64,000 nucleotides of DNA, taken from assembly GCA_976551045.1 (NCBI GenBank), contig CDPCPM010000078.1:4526001-4590000 (forward strand), in the 5' to 3' direction. Shown here piece after piece: positions 11,646 through 24,149 of this stretch; the stretch's first letter is position 1; the number at the start of each line of letters is the position of its first letter. The stretch is from Glaucostegus cemiculus (lineage: Eukaryota). The translations under genes and the position numbers were made by a program. The notes under the pieces were generated by a model, which did no database searches, was not told the DNA's origin, and was given only the letters and a program-made list of their open reading frames with translations.

Positions 11646-14600
11646 ATCTGTTTATTTAAATCCAGAGAGGTACAAATAAGATGCGGTCTGTGCAGGGGAT
11701 GGACATAATGAATTGTTTATTTTAGTGTGGAAGGTCTTTCATAGAAGTATCTTGCATCATCAAATTGTAGGACCTTCCTCTAATGTTAGAATTTCTCTGG
11801 CATACAATGACCATCACTAAACCATCTTTTAATAATTATGCTCGCCTGGCTGCTCTGCCATCATTGCAGCAATCATTCAGTTGCCACACACTTCAGCAGC
11901 TGGAAGAGTGTTCCTTGCTCTGTGGAATGTCCCTTATAAAAGTTACTCTGCTGTGTGCAGAGATATTGTAATATTACAGGAAGCTCTTGTGAAATGATGC
12001 AAAGTACTTTTTATAGAGAATATCTGGTTTAACATTATAAGGTAAATTATAACTAAAAAGCTAATTACATATACAAATTCACTTTGTAATTTTTTAAAAT
12101 TCTCCCTGTAACTAATATATACATGCTTAATGCTTATTTACAATGTATGCCATTGGCCTCCAATTTATCTTTAGTATAAGTGCCACCCAGCCTGAAACGG
12201 GGAAGCGTCTGATACAGTCAGACCTCTACCCAGGTGCATCTGTGTGAATTAGTCAGTAAGCAAATAGACTCCACTTTGAGGTCATGACTTCCCCTTTCAC
12301 ATTGGACAGAAGTACTTAGACCACTTTGCTTTGTGAGCTACTCTGTGCATTGAAGAATTATAGGAAGATTAAGTCAAGTGAATGAGCATGCCTTCCTATG
12401 CTTGAGTGTCAGCACCCCTGATCAGGACTGTCCAATTCAAATTTCAAGTTATTTCCTGTTAACTCTGGAAGGATTTGGTTTCATGTACCTTCAATCACCC
12501 ATTATTTACTGCTGAGCCTTCACTTACCTGTTTCCTGCTGTCTCTTGTGTTGCACTGAAGGTCACATTGTAACGGTCCATTCTTTCTGCAGAACAATTAT
12601 CCCTTGGGATCCAAGATCCAATGCTTCTTTCTGAAAGTCACACGGGGAATGTTGTGCCTGGTTCTATTAGCAATCTCTTGAAGCATGCTCCACTGCTAGT
12701 GGAGATCTAAATTGAACCCTTAGATTGCATCAAACACTTTTGTACCCGAGTTATTTTGGGGATAATGAATATGAGGTGGTGACTGATTAACTCAGCAAGG
12801 AATTAAAATAAAACTTTGAGTCATGAGACGTGGAACTTGTTATTGCAGAGGTTGTACTAAATAGCAAAGACATATTTAAGAGGAAGATAATTACATGAGG
12901 GAGAAAGAATGAAGTAAAGAGAGTGGGAGTAAGGTCAACTGGAACCTAATCATTAGCATAGATCAATTCGCCCAAATGGTTGGTTTCTGTGCTATAAATT
13001 CCAAGCAACGATATGAGGTGAAACCATAACCTCAAAACCAAAGTAGCTGACTCCAAAGAAGAATCACGTTGATTACTTTTCAGTTTTAAAGGAGGTTTGA
13101 AGATTTGCATGTTCTGCATCATGAAGCCTGGAGAATCCTGTGCAAACTTTAGAACGAAAGAAGTTAACTCTAATACGTACAGATGTCTTTGTATAATCTT
13201 CTGATCTAAATTTAACTATCCTTTAAAAATATTAATGAAAACTAATCAAAGACTGCAAGTGGAAATCGACCCAAAATACTAGTCAGTAACCTTTCCTGTC
13301 TTTCAATTGACTGTGGCCTAACCCGTACCAAGGTCAGGTGACCCTGCGTAGTTCTCTGATTACTGCACTGGGATTCAGACTCAAATTCTATAATCTATTG
13401 GATTTCTGCTTGAGAATGTTCACTTAAATGGTTTCTATCTACAGAAACATTTAATTCAGGTCACATTGATGGAGATTGGAAACTTATGCCAAGAAATTGC
13501 ACCAGCCATATTGTTTTTTCCTCCATCAAATTGGCTCCAAAATGGATTAGAAAGTGATAAAGTTGAAGTAGCAATGGTTTCTTTTTATGGCACTTAGTGC
13601 TGCACTGGAAATTTGACCAATAATTCTGCTCTTGTTTTACAATTTTACTGATCAGCATACTTTAATGACGCTTATTTTGTGTGAAACCTTCCTTTTGGGC
13701 ACAGTTGTTCCAAGGAATGATGATCGACAGTCAGTGGTTACTCCTGACACAACCATAATTTATTAATGTTACGCTGGAAGGGGTTCCCATAGTAGGTAAG
13801 CCTTTCTAATCACCTTTGTATTGAGGCCCCGACCTTGAATGGAAATGACCCGACCCCACCCTCTCCTCACCTGCACCCACAGCCTTATCACCCCCCCCAA
13901 GGTCAATTGCCTCAGTTGCTGATCCCCTGAGCATACATAGCTGCTAGTTTCCTGCCCCACCCCCCAAGGTTTGACCCATAGCCCATTCAATAAGATGCAA
14001 GTTTTAAATCTTTATTATTCCTCTCTCCCTGCTCCCCCCCCACCCAGCACAACTAGCCTAATCAAAAATATACCTTTCCCCCCTTGGAAATCCAACCTAC
14101 TCACCAATGCCTTGGCCAATGATCACAGCCCTCGTCCTCCTTACTAGTGAAGCCTCTTGGACTTTTGAACAGCAACAATCCCACTTCACAAAATACACTG
14201 TCACCATTTAACCCTGAACCCAGGATCCCAAGTCCCTGCTGGTCCTGGTCCTAGGAACAGTCATGGCAGGTGGCACACCTTAGACTCTGGAAAGAATGTG
14301 GTGCCTTTTGGCATGTCGGCATTATCCAATATCGTGACAATGGGTCCATGATCTAAAAGTTCAGAGTCCCCTAACTGTACTACTGTTCTCCAATACCTAG
14401 ACCTTTTTAAATTTATCTTCAGTTGAGTCAATGAATGGTTTCTGTATTACCTGGTGCTGAAAAAGCTACTACAGTAGTGCGTGGAAAAGTAGTTAGTCTA
14501 AGTATACCCATAGATAACCAATACCGAAGTGTGTGGTGAGATCAGGCAATGCACAATCTCCACTGGTTAAAATTGGAAGACGTCCACTCTTCCAATGTAC

Positions 14601-14741
14601 TGTACTCTTGATAAAATAGCTTTCTCATCTTTTGATTGGTACAAGCTGGAAAATGAGGTGGATGTTTATAAAATATCGATCAAACAAATACGCACAACTT
14701 AACCCATCTGCATTCTTCTCACCTATTTTGTCAAAGAAATG

Positions 14742-15045
14742 CATAGGAAATAGGAGGAGTGAGCCATCTAACTCCTTAAGCTCACTCTATCTTCAATAAG
14801 ACATTCTTGACCTGATCTTGACCTTGCCTCCAATTTTCTGCCTGATCCCTATAACCCTTGACTCCCCTTTCATGCAAAAATCTGTCTCAACTTTGAATAC
14901 ATTGAATTACCCATCCTCTGCAGCTCTCGAGTAAAATATTCTAAATATTCACATCCCTCTGACAGAAGAACTTTTCCCTAATATCAGTCTTAAAATTAGT
15001 GGGGAGAACCTTATTCTGAAGCTATTCCCATAGTTTTAGATTCCT
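14742..15045 (-). mobile_element. Old CR1 3' fragment
   Basis: cataggaaataggaggagtgagccat tail, similar to 11195-11645. Confidence 0.6.
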
Positions 15046-15127
15046 AGTTGACTCTTGCTGTTCCATAGATGTGTCTGGATACCTCAAAGACCTGTCCTCA
15101 ACATCCAAAGAATAAGATGCATATATT

Positions 15128-15205
15128 AGAATAAAAACAAAGCACTGAAAATGCTTAGTAGGTCAGCAAGAATCTGTGGAAAAAGAAACAGTTAAATGTT
15201 TCAGA
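15128..15205 (-). mobile_element. Short Penelope/hammerhead-type terminal fragment
   Basis: actgaaaatgcttagtaggtcagc...atctgtgga...acagttaaatgtttcag. Confidence 0.5.
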
Positions 15206-18200
15206 TTAATAAATGTTCCCACATTTATTAGTCTTTTGCTGCTTGTGATGCCTTTGCCCCAATTGGTGAATGACTTACAGAGGCATGCATCTTATTGCAC
15301 TATGAGACTTATTAGCTAAAGTCACATATGCTGAAGTTTCATTGAGTGAGCCATATCCCAGCATCATTAATAATTATGTTGTGGATATTGGCTTTATGAG
15401 GTTATTGCAGACCGAGTAGATGAGCATGGTGGCATGACATTATGATCAAGGTTGAACTGAGGTTTGTACTTTGATTGTTTCAACACATTTTTTGTACCTC
15501 ATACTGGTAGTACTATATCCTGCCAACATTTAAGTCACATACACAGGCATTCAATATGTTGTAGCTTCTGTTTAGAGTAATATTGCAGAAGTGTTACTAC
15601 TTATTCCAAGCCAAACTGCATATTGTGTATATTGTTGCCAATATTACTGAGCCAATTTGCCTGAATATAATGGGTAAAGGCTTTGAGGGTGACTCTTATA
15701 AGAATAAATCTTTGTAGCATGATGTACAGTTTGTATTATTTCATTGCATTCATTAACATACTGGAAACATTCTTGAATCAACCATGGATACAGTGCATAA
15801 ATATACAATGAAAATATAAAATCCAAAATTTATTCCGCTCCCCTGAGTCAAAATATTTTATTGTAGATGCAGCTAGAAGCAGCAATGGGTGAACTTGGAG
15901 AGCAGTCCATGAAATCGGATATGATGATATTACCCTTGTCAGAAATTTCTGGTCCCAAATCCTAGTTACCTCTTATATCAGGTACTTAACCAACCAACCT
16001 TTAATTGAGAAGAAGCCTGCAGGATAGCCAGCAACTGTAATTGATATTATAAACAAATTCTTACAATTCACATATCGTTTTTCTTACTGAGCTTTAAACT
16101 CAAGTCAGGTTTTTTAAAAATTGAAGCCTCCAGCAACTATAACATAAGGAACTCTTCAACAAGATTAACACAATCTCATATTTCCATTTCTGGTTCTCTA
16201 TTTCCAAGGAACTCAAGTTTAGATTCACTTTGAAACCAGTGGCCATCAACAGAGTTTTGCGTTGTGCTTATTTATGCACAGATATGTAATGACATAAACA
16301 ATGTATTCAACATATGGTTTAGTAAATTCTTGGGTGCATATTATACAAATACAGCTATAGTTCAGAAATGTGGAAAATGTACACTCTTAGTTTGAGTATA
16401 TTTCATGGCCCCCTTTAATGAATACATGCTTTGTCTTACCTTATTGATAATAACACTTGAACTTTCAGAAAACTATATAGTGTTTTACACTTCTTCAGCC
16501 TGACCTCTCTCAGACAGTGCTCCTTTTTGTTTTGATCATCTTTTAAGCACCTGCATACCTTGTACATTTAACTGTTTCCATATTCCACATGATGCTGCTC
16601 AGCTGATGATCTAAAACTTGCCAGGAAGGAAAAGAAACCCTCTGGAAAGAAATTAACTCAATTTAATACTGATCCTTACAGGTATAATATTTTGGCCTCA
16701 TGGTTGAGTCTAGAGATTGACCATGACTTCTGGTTTTATTTGGATTATAGACAGAGGAATAGATTGTGACTACAGTAATCTTTGGGAAAGGATATGTTAT
16801 TGGGGTCAAAGTGCATTCACTTTCACTAATCATTTGACTTAAAATGAGAAAATTTCTGTGCGATTGTCCATTCAAATGTGCACTTAGGTTTTTATTCCTG
16901 AGCCTTTGCTTCCTGTCTGTTCCACAACCCCAAAAAAATCTGGTTGAATTTCCCGTTTTTGTCATCTGGTCAGGTGCACCCAGAGATGCACATGATGCGT
17001 GACACACTGCGAAATGCAGATGTGTCCCTTTTGTTGATATTGTTGTGGCAGAAAATCCTGCCACGTGGAACAAAGAAATGATTCAGAGTAAATTCAAAAA
17101 CAAAACACAGGTTCTGAAGCTGAACAAACAGAATGTTGACTGCAGCTATGTAAAGATGCATTAAAATATACTGACTCAATGTAAACATTTCTTCTTTATT
17201 ATATTAAAAATGTGCTTATTCACCCTGATCAAATGAGCTTACTGGCAAATGGTAACAAATGGCTGCTGCAAGAGAGAGACAGAAAGCTGCATGATTCTAA
17301 TTCAATTAATCACTTACGCTGTGGCAAAAATTGCTCGCACAATTTTTTCTCTGCTTTTTCTTCTCCCATTCACTGACTAATGGGTACATGGCACATCTGT
17401 ATTAAATGCATCTTCATTTACCATCTGCTTTTAGTCTGTGTAGCAATTCTGATTTAGTGTCTCATCTTAAAATTAATGTTCTTCCTTGTTGAACAATTTA
17501 TTTAAATACACAACTCCATAGAAGAGGGGACTGTGCAGTGGGATTGTTGTCCAGCTTATGAGAGCTGATTTCAAATTCAACCCAGGCAATGTGCCTTGAA
17601 ATAATATTACTGGTTATTTTCATTTAGAATAGATGGTGATTGCAGTAATTTCTTGGCTGTGGTTGGCAGATTGAATCAGGTCATCAGTCACCAAACACGA
17701 TGCTGATCCTTCCTGGATTCCCACCTCTACCACAACCACTTCCATTATAATATTGGTCTCACGTTCCCAATGTCCGACCAAACACCATTGCTGGTCCTCC
17801 CCAACTGTTGTGGCCTCCCCTCCCCCTTCAGGCTGCTAATCATCATCGACCAGTCCTTCTCCCCCAGACTCAAGCACCAATTGCCAGACATTCCTGATCC
17901 TGATCCCATACTCCCCACTCCCAATTATGGACCTCAACTATCCCTCCTTACCCCACCACAGCATAGGTCTCACCAGGGTGCAACAGAAATTTTCTTGGAG
18001 GCAGTGGCAGGGAGCAGAATTCCTTGGCAATGATCTCATGTCTACTAACCGTATGATTGTTAGTGTCATTACAATTCCTGATGGATGTGATCAAACAGTA
18101 CAAAACTGGTCCAGATTTGGGAAGTGTAATACCCATAGGATGGCTTCTGTGGAAAGTAGGAAAGAAATGCAAAAAGAGTGTAACTTTCTAAGGTTAGTAG

Positions 18201-18727
18201 AGAACAGCTGTGTTGGTGTAATATTAAGGAAGTCTTAATTCCCAAGAATTCTATACCCTGCCACTGATATCCATTACCTTGTTAATAAACAAAAAAGTAC
18301 ACTGCCCATTCATTGAAACAACCTCTGGAAATTTATGCTCTCCCATTGCAAAGACACGCACTCATGCCGAAACAAGAATTCTTATCCACATGCCTATTTT
18401 GTGAGCCTTGACAATAAGAGGTAATCTGAAAATCTTGCAGATGCATTGTCCATCAAGTCAATGGATAATAATGGGGACGTTGTTTCAGCTTGCTCCCAGT
18501 TATGATCCGCTACCACCTGGATAACAGACACCACGAGCACAAAGTGAGGCTCTCCAGAGTGTGGCATTTATCTAGTGAGCCACATGCAGCAATCAGTTTA
18601 CCCTTCAAGAATGTGAGTTACCCCACACTCAAGATTAACAGCCTTGCTAAATATTACATAGAGCATAGCAAGCTAGTTAATTATTGAGGAAATCCATTAG
18701 CATGCCAGATTTTTGCAAATTCTTAAA

Positions 18728-19047
18728 GCCTCAAGAAGGCAGCATTCTTCATTAGGGACCTTCACCACCCAGGACATGCCCTCTTCATGTTACTACCATG
18801 TGGGAGGAGGGGGGAGATACAGGAGCCTGAAGATGCACACTTAACGTTTCAGGAACAGCTTTTACCCTCTGCCATCAGATTTCTGAATGGTCTATGAATG
18901 CATAAATGCTACCTCATTATTCCCCTTTTGCCCTATTTATTTTGTAACTTATAGCAAATTTTACAATTTTATGTCTTTGCACTGTACTGCTGCCACAAAC
19001 CAACAAATTTCATGACATACGGCAGTGATAATAAACCTGATTCTGAT
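18728..19047 (+). mobile_element. Rex1/Babar LINE 3' fragment
   Basis: KKAAFFIRDLHHPGHALF...; aataaacctgattctgat tail. Confidence 0.85.
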
Positions 19048-20095
19048 GACCTGATCTCTAAGCAAATCCCATTTCCCATTGTCAGTTTGTGTGTGGCTGA
19101 CGTTAGGCAAGAAAGAGTAAAATGTTTCAGTTACAATGGACCACCGGTGACCAAGAAATGAAAGTGTCTTTACCTGCCTGAGACTTACACAGACTGTTGC
19201 TATAATATTCCCCCCCCCCCCATCTACTGGCACAGGCTACTGAATTGACAGTTGGTTTTCGTTTGGCAACCTGACTCATAATATTAGACAAATGTATTAA
19301 GATGACTACACATTGATAAGGCATGACAGAATCTTGAGTAGATTGAGAAATAACCATCATCTCCAACTTTTCTCTGCCTTCAGTATGGTGCATCGTTGTT
19401 AGACGTCTATGTCAGTCCTAATAATTCAATATAATCTGCTGCTCCCTGAGAAAAATCTGCAGGGTCAGGATTTGGATAGACTCTTTTGAGCCTTGCTTTC
19501 ATTTGTGTTCAATTCATAATTGTCTGGTATTAGCTAACGATGAACTGTAACATTGAAACCTGCAAGGCTGTTTTCATTGCTGGCAGTCATTTTGTTTATT
19601 AGATCAACACTGGACAACTCCTTTGCACATTATATCCCATTCACTGTTGATGAACCAAATATTCATATTCGCAAAATAAAATGGACACTGTTGATAACGG
19701 CTGTATAACCACAGCCAGCTCCCATAGCATTGCCAGTGCTGCTAAATTTAGGTTCTCCTCAAGTGCAGCTAAAAAAGTTGGGAAGAACTTATTCCTTGTG
19801 ATTATTCCTAAAAAGAACTTGTCCTTCTGCAAAGAGCATGGCAATAAACTTATCTTCTTTCAGAACTATAAACAAGCCTTTAAAGGCTTTCATTAAGACT
19901 ATTTAAAGGATTTTGTAGGATTATAGATGAGAACTGTGGTCTAGAAATACCAAAGGGCTTGTGATGGGCATCAGATTTCTGTCCACGTGGATCTGAGTCC
20001 AATTCATGCACCAAGCAACAGCTACAATAACAGTAGTACACACAAAGTGCTGGAGGAACACAGTAGGTCAGGCAGCATCCATGGATGGAAATAAA

Positions 20096-20134
20096 CAGTC
20101 GACAATTCAGGCAGAGACCCTTCATCAGGACTGG
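20096..20134 (-). ncRNA. Minimal type I hammerhead ribozyme motif (decayed) in the left Penelope arm
   Basis: Reverse complement reads CAGTC-CTGATGA-AGGGTCTCTGCCT-GAAT-TGTC-GACTG. Stem I (CAGTC/GACTG) and CUGAUGA are intact; GAAA is changed to GAAT. Confidence 0.7.
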
Positions 20135-20463
20135 AAAAGAAGAGGGCAGAAGCCAGAATAAGAAGGTGCGGAGAGGGGGAGCAGCACACGCAGGCAGGGG
20201 CTAGGTGAGATCAGGTGCTAGGTGAGGCCAGGTGAGAGAGGGCAGGTAGTGGGTGGGGGGGGAGAAGATGAAATAAACTGAGTGGTGATAGGTAGAAGAG
20301 GCAAAGGGCTGAAGGAGGAAAAATTCGGTAGGAGAGGGCAGTGGACCATGGAATAAAGGATGGGGGAGGAGAGGAGATGGGCAGGTCATCAAGGCAGGGG
20401 AAGGGAACCATAGGAATAAGGGAAGACAGGAGTTGGGGGGAGAAAGAAAAAGAAGGGGTGGGG

Positions 20464-20950
20464 TTACCGGAAGTTAGAGGAATCGATGTTGAGGCCATCA
20501 GGTTGGAGACTCTCAAGGCGGAATATGAGGTGTTGTTCCTCCATTCTGCATCTGGCCTTTGTGTGGCAGTAGGGGAGGCCATGGATAGACATGTCAGTAT
20601 GGGAGTGGGATGTGGTATTGAAGTGGGTGGCCACCGCGAGATCCTGGCTGCTGCGGCAGACGGAGCGAAGGTGCTCAACGAAGCGGTCACCGATCTGCAT
20701 CGGGTGTCACCGATCTGCATCGGGTCTCACCGATGTACAGGAGACTGCACCGGGAGCACTGGATGCAATGAATGACACCCTTGGACTCACAGGTAAAGCA
20801 CTGTCTCACTTGGAAGGATTGTCTGGGAACCTGAATGGTGCTGAGGGAGAAGGTGTAAGGATAGGTGTAGCACTTGATGCGGTTGCAGGCACGCAGCCAG
20901 GGGGGTTATCGATGGGGAGGGACAAGTGGACAAGGGTATCGCAGAGAGTG
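20464..20950 (-). pseudogene. Penelope GIY-YIG endonuclease remnant
   Basis: Minus strand reads VRQCFTCESKGVIHCIQCSRCSLLYIGETRCR, then after a 20-bp duplication frameshift GDRFVEHLRSV...SNFR*. Confidence 0.85.
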
Positions 20951-21506
20951 CAGTGCAGGTTGGGTGACCGCTTCGTCGAGCACCTTCTCTCCGTCCGCCT
21001 CAACAGCCAGGATCTCCTGGTGGCCACCCACTTCAATTCCACATCCCATTCCCATACTGGCATTTCTAGCCATGACCTCCTCTACTGCCACACCAAGGCC
21101 AAACGCAGGATGGAGGAACAACACCTCATATTCCACCTTGGGAGTCTCCAACCTGATGGCTGCAACATCAATTTCTCTAACTTCCGGTAAACCCTCCCCT
21201 TCTTTTTCTTTTCCCCCACTCCTCTGTCTTCCCTTATTCCTATGGCTCCCGTCCCCTGCCTGATGACCTGCCCCTCTCCTCTTCTCCCCTCCCCCATCCT
21301 TTATTCCATGGTCCACTGCCCTCTCCTACCAGATTTTTTCTTCAGCTCTTTGCCTCTTCTACCTATCACCTGTCAGCTTATTACATCATCTCCCCCTCCC
21401 CCACCCACTACCTTCCCCCTCTCACCTGGACTCGCCTATCACCTGCCTGCATGTGCTCCTCCCCCTCCCCTAACCACCTTATTCTGTCTTCTGCCCTCTT
21501 CCTTTC

Positions 21507-21544
21507 CAGTCCTGATGAAGGGTCTCAGCCTGAAATGTGGACTG
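21507..21544 (+). ncRNA. Minimal type I hammerhead ribozyme motif (decayed) in the right Penelope arm
   Basis: CAGTC-CTGATGA(21512-21518)-AGGGTCTCAGCCT-GAAA(21532-21535)-TGTG-GACTG. Core intact; cleavage triplet reads GUG instead of GUC. Confidence 0.72.
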
Positions 21545-21656
21545 TGTATTTCTCTCCATGGAAGCTCCCTGACTTGCTGAGTTCCTCCAGCACTTTTTGT
21601 GTATTGCTCCAGATTCCAGCATCTGTGGAATTTCTTGTGGCTACAACAGCAGTAGT

Positions 21657-21720
21657 GACTTTCATTTGTGTGATGCCTTTAACAAAGTAAGACATATGAA
21701 GGTGCCTCACAGAAGTATTA
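21657..21720 (-). mobile_element. L2-type 3' tail remnant next to the Penelope insertion site
   Basis: actttcatttgtgtgatgcctttaac...aaggtgcctcacag resembles the reverse complement of L2-type tails; CAA-rich tract left of the insertion. Confidence 0.4.
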
Positions 21721-22591
21721 CCTCCACAGAGCAGTTATCTAATCTCTATTGTATCTGGTTACTTGGTAGCAAATAATGTTGTTTTCAGCAATTATTAGCA
21801 ATGTGACTAGAAGCTCATGGGTCAGTTTGCTATGGCCCCACCAGCAAAGGCTGAAAAAATAATTATATATATTAAAACCTTCCATACTGCTGTAAGTTGC
21901 CTAAAGCAATCTTTTTCAGCCAGTGCATTTTGTAAAGTGGTTTTACACATTAATACTTCAATGTTTGTGATCTCACCTTTAATGCTTGCGACAAACCTGC
22001 CAATCTCTACCAAATCTTGCATACTTTGTTCATGCTGACTAGGTCCTAGTTTGAAACCAGATTTATTCAAGTACCACCCTTCTGGCTTCTTAAATGTAAA
22101 GACATTTTAAAATACTTCTGTAAAGCCAAAGTCCTTCTGTTAAGACCAAGACCTGAGCTGTGACATCACCATGTCATTCACACGGCACAACTGATGTCCT
22201 CCCGCCTTCTAGGGTGAAATAATAAGACTCGATTGGCAACACATTGTGGTAGCTGCAGTTGCACTTCAGAAGGCAAGGTTGGCTAAAGCAGAAGACTCCT
22301 TCTAATCAGGTCACCCTAGGTAATAATCACACTCAGAAGCATTCTGGGTTGCAATTCAACTCTTAAAGGAATCCAGACCAGATGAAAGGCTGTACATTCA
22401 TAATTAGTATCAACGTTCGATGCATGGCTGTCCTTGGGTTAAGAAGCTGCAACCAGGCTACTAACAACAGCGCACGCCCTAGTGAGCATCAGTGCAGCAC
22501 AACCAGTACAAGAGTGCCCCCTTGACTGCTGGAATCACAGCAACTTTCTGCAATTGATTTGGTTTGTTTTCATTTAATGTTTGTTAAATTA

Positions 22592-22925
22592 GGTGGTAAG
22601 ATGGTGCAGCAGTTAGTGCTACTGCCTCACAGCTCCAGAGACCTGGGTTTGGTCCTGACCTTGTGTGCTGTATATGTGTTGTGTGTTCTCCCCAATACCA
22701 TGTGGTTTTCTCCTGCATCCCAAACGTGCTGATAGATTCATTGTCTCCCATAAATTATCCTTTAATGTGGATAGGTGGCAAAAGAATCAAAGGGGAGTTG
22801 ACCGACATGTGAGAGAAAATAAGTTGTAAGGCTACAGGGAATTAAAGAGGGGAATGGGACTTGCAGGACTGCTCTGGTGGGAGCCAGCATTGATGGTAAT
22901 GGACTGAAAAGCTACCTGTGGTGTT
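22592..22925 (+). mobile_element. Old V-SINE
   Basis: ggtgcagcagttagtgctactgcctcacagctccagagacctgggtttggtcctgacc head; degenerate V core and CR1-type tail. Confidence 0.7.
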
Positions 22926-24149
22926 ATCAGCAAGTTATTTTTCTGTTGTTGATTTCTTGCTGACTGAGTTCATCCAGTGATTAGCCAAGTCTGAACCACC
23001 CTAAAGGTTTACAGATCTAATTCCAGGTCTAGGCAGAGTTTGCTTATATCAGCAATTGAATGCTGCAATTGGTTTCTGTGCTCGGAGTTAAAAAGGGAAA
23101 ACAGATCATGATGTTCTTTCCTCATGGTTGTCTATTTAGGTTATTTTCAGTGTGGGGAGTAGTACAACTGAGACTGATCCCACTTTTATCCACATGCCTG
23201 CATTTCTTTCAAAGCTCACTCACTAGTGACAAGAGAAATCTCACATATTTGCAATCTCATTCCCAGTTGCCACGTGGGTGGAAATTGATTAACTCAACAC
23301 AGACTGGTGAGTGAACTCGGGGTCTTCCTGTTCTGTGCACCTCCAAACAATTAACAACACACAATGGATAAGCACTTTAAAAATCGATGCTGGTTTAAAA
23401 AAAAAGTTTACATCAGCTTCAATTATTTAAAAGCGAACTGAGTGGAGTAAACGAGTAGAAGATAAATCAGCTATCAGCTTCACGTTGCTTTGTTAATAGA
23501 TCAATAACCCTGATAGATCAATAACCCCAATAACCAGCTTTTTCTCAAGAACTTACTAATTAAGGAGTTCTACATAAAGTAGGGGGCAGTCAGGTGATAC
23601 TAATGTCCCTAGCATGTAGTACATATATGAAATGGTTACTGGTGAATCTGTAATGAGAAATCAGTATTCTCTTCAACCTGACCAACAGAGCCACCACCTC
23701 TGGTTTATAGTCATAAATGGAAATAAACTAACCTGATCTGTAAAATATAGGACTTAGTGTTCCATTTTGAAATGATTGCATTGTGATCTTCCCGAGCTAT
23801 CATTGCACCATCAGAGCAGAAAGTTCCTTCCACTACATTATGGTCCAGCACTTTAAAATATTTTGGTAGTTATGGGGTCAAAGATTCCACTTTGATGACC
23901 AAATAATCTAAATGATAGCAGCATTGAGGGAATGGTGTACTCTTGGATGGTTATACTTCAGACGATACCTCAAAGAACCTATCCATCTGTTCCACTGATT
24001 CAGATGAATGAAGCACCAGATACTCTTGTACACACTTCCATCTCATCAGCAAATAACCAGACTAAGCATTCAGTCTTTATATTGTTGCTGATGGGAGCAT
24101 GTGTGGAAATGGCTATTACATTCACTTAAATATGATCAAAATTATGATA

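Larger units (their letters stand above)
20038..21639. mobile_element. Penelope-like element with inverted architecture: minus copy 20038-~20953, plus copy ~20954-21639
   Basis: Both arms encode the GIY-YIG C-terminus (GDRFVEHL.SV...VATHFN..SHSH...EEQHLIF.L.SLQPDG.NI..SNFR*). The arms are inverted repeats. Flanking direct repeat gctacaataacagtagt (20021-20037) / gctacaacagcagtagt (21640-21656). Confidence 0.9.

Noticed and set aside
13760-14350. C-rich tracts (also 17690-18020)
   Set aside because: Probably decayed repeats, but no family-diagnostic motif is visible.
1546-19900. MAP3K9 terminal exons or 3' UTR expected from human synteny
   Set aside because: No MAP3K9-like peptide recognised; UTR identity cannot be shown from the sequence alone.
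20591-21190. 199-aa ORF as a novel gene
   Set aside because: Chimera of the antisense left arm and the sense GIY-YIG tail of the right arm, read across the inversion junction.
23496-23534. 17-bp-period tandem repeat atagatcaataaccc (similar short duplications at 30421-30466 and 37097-37135)
   Set aside because: Two-copy slippage duplications with no spacers; not CRISPR-like and no evidence of function.
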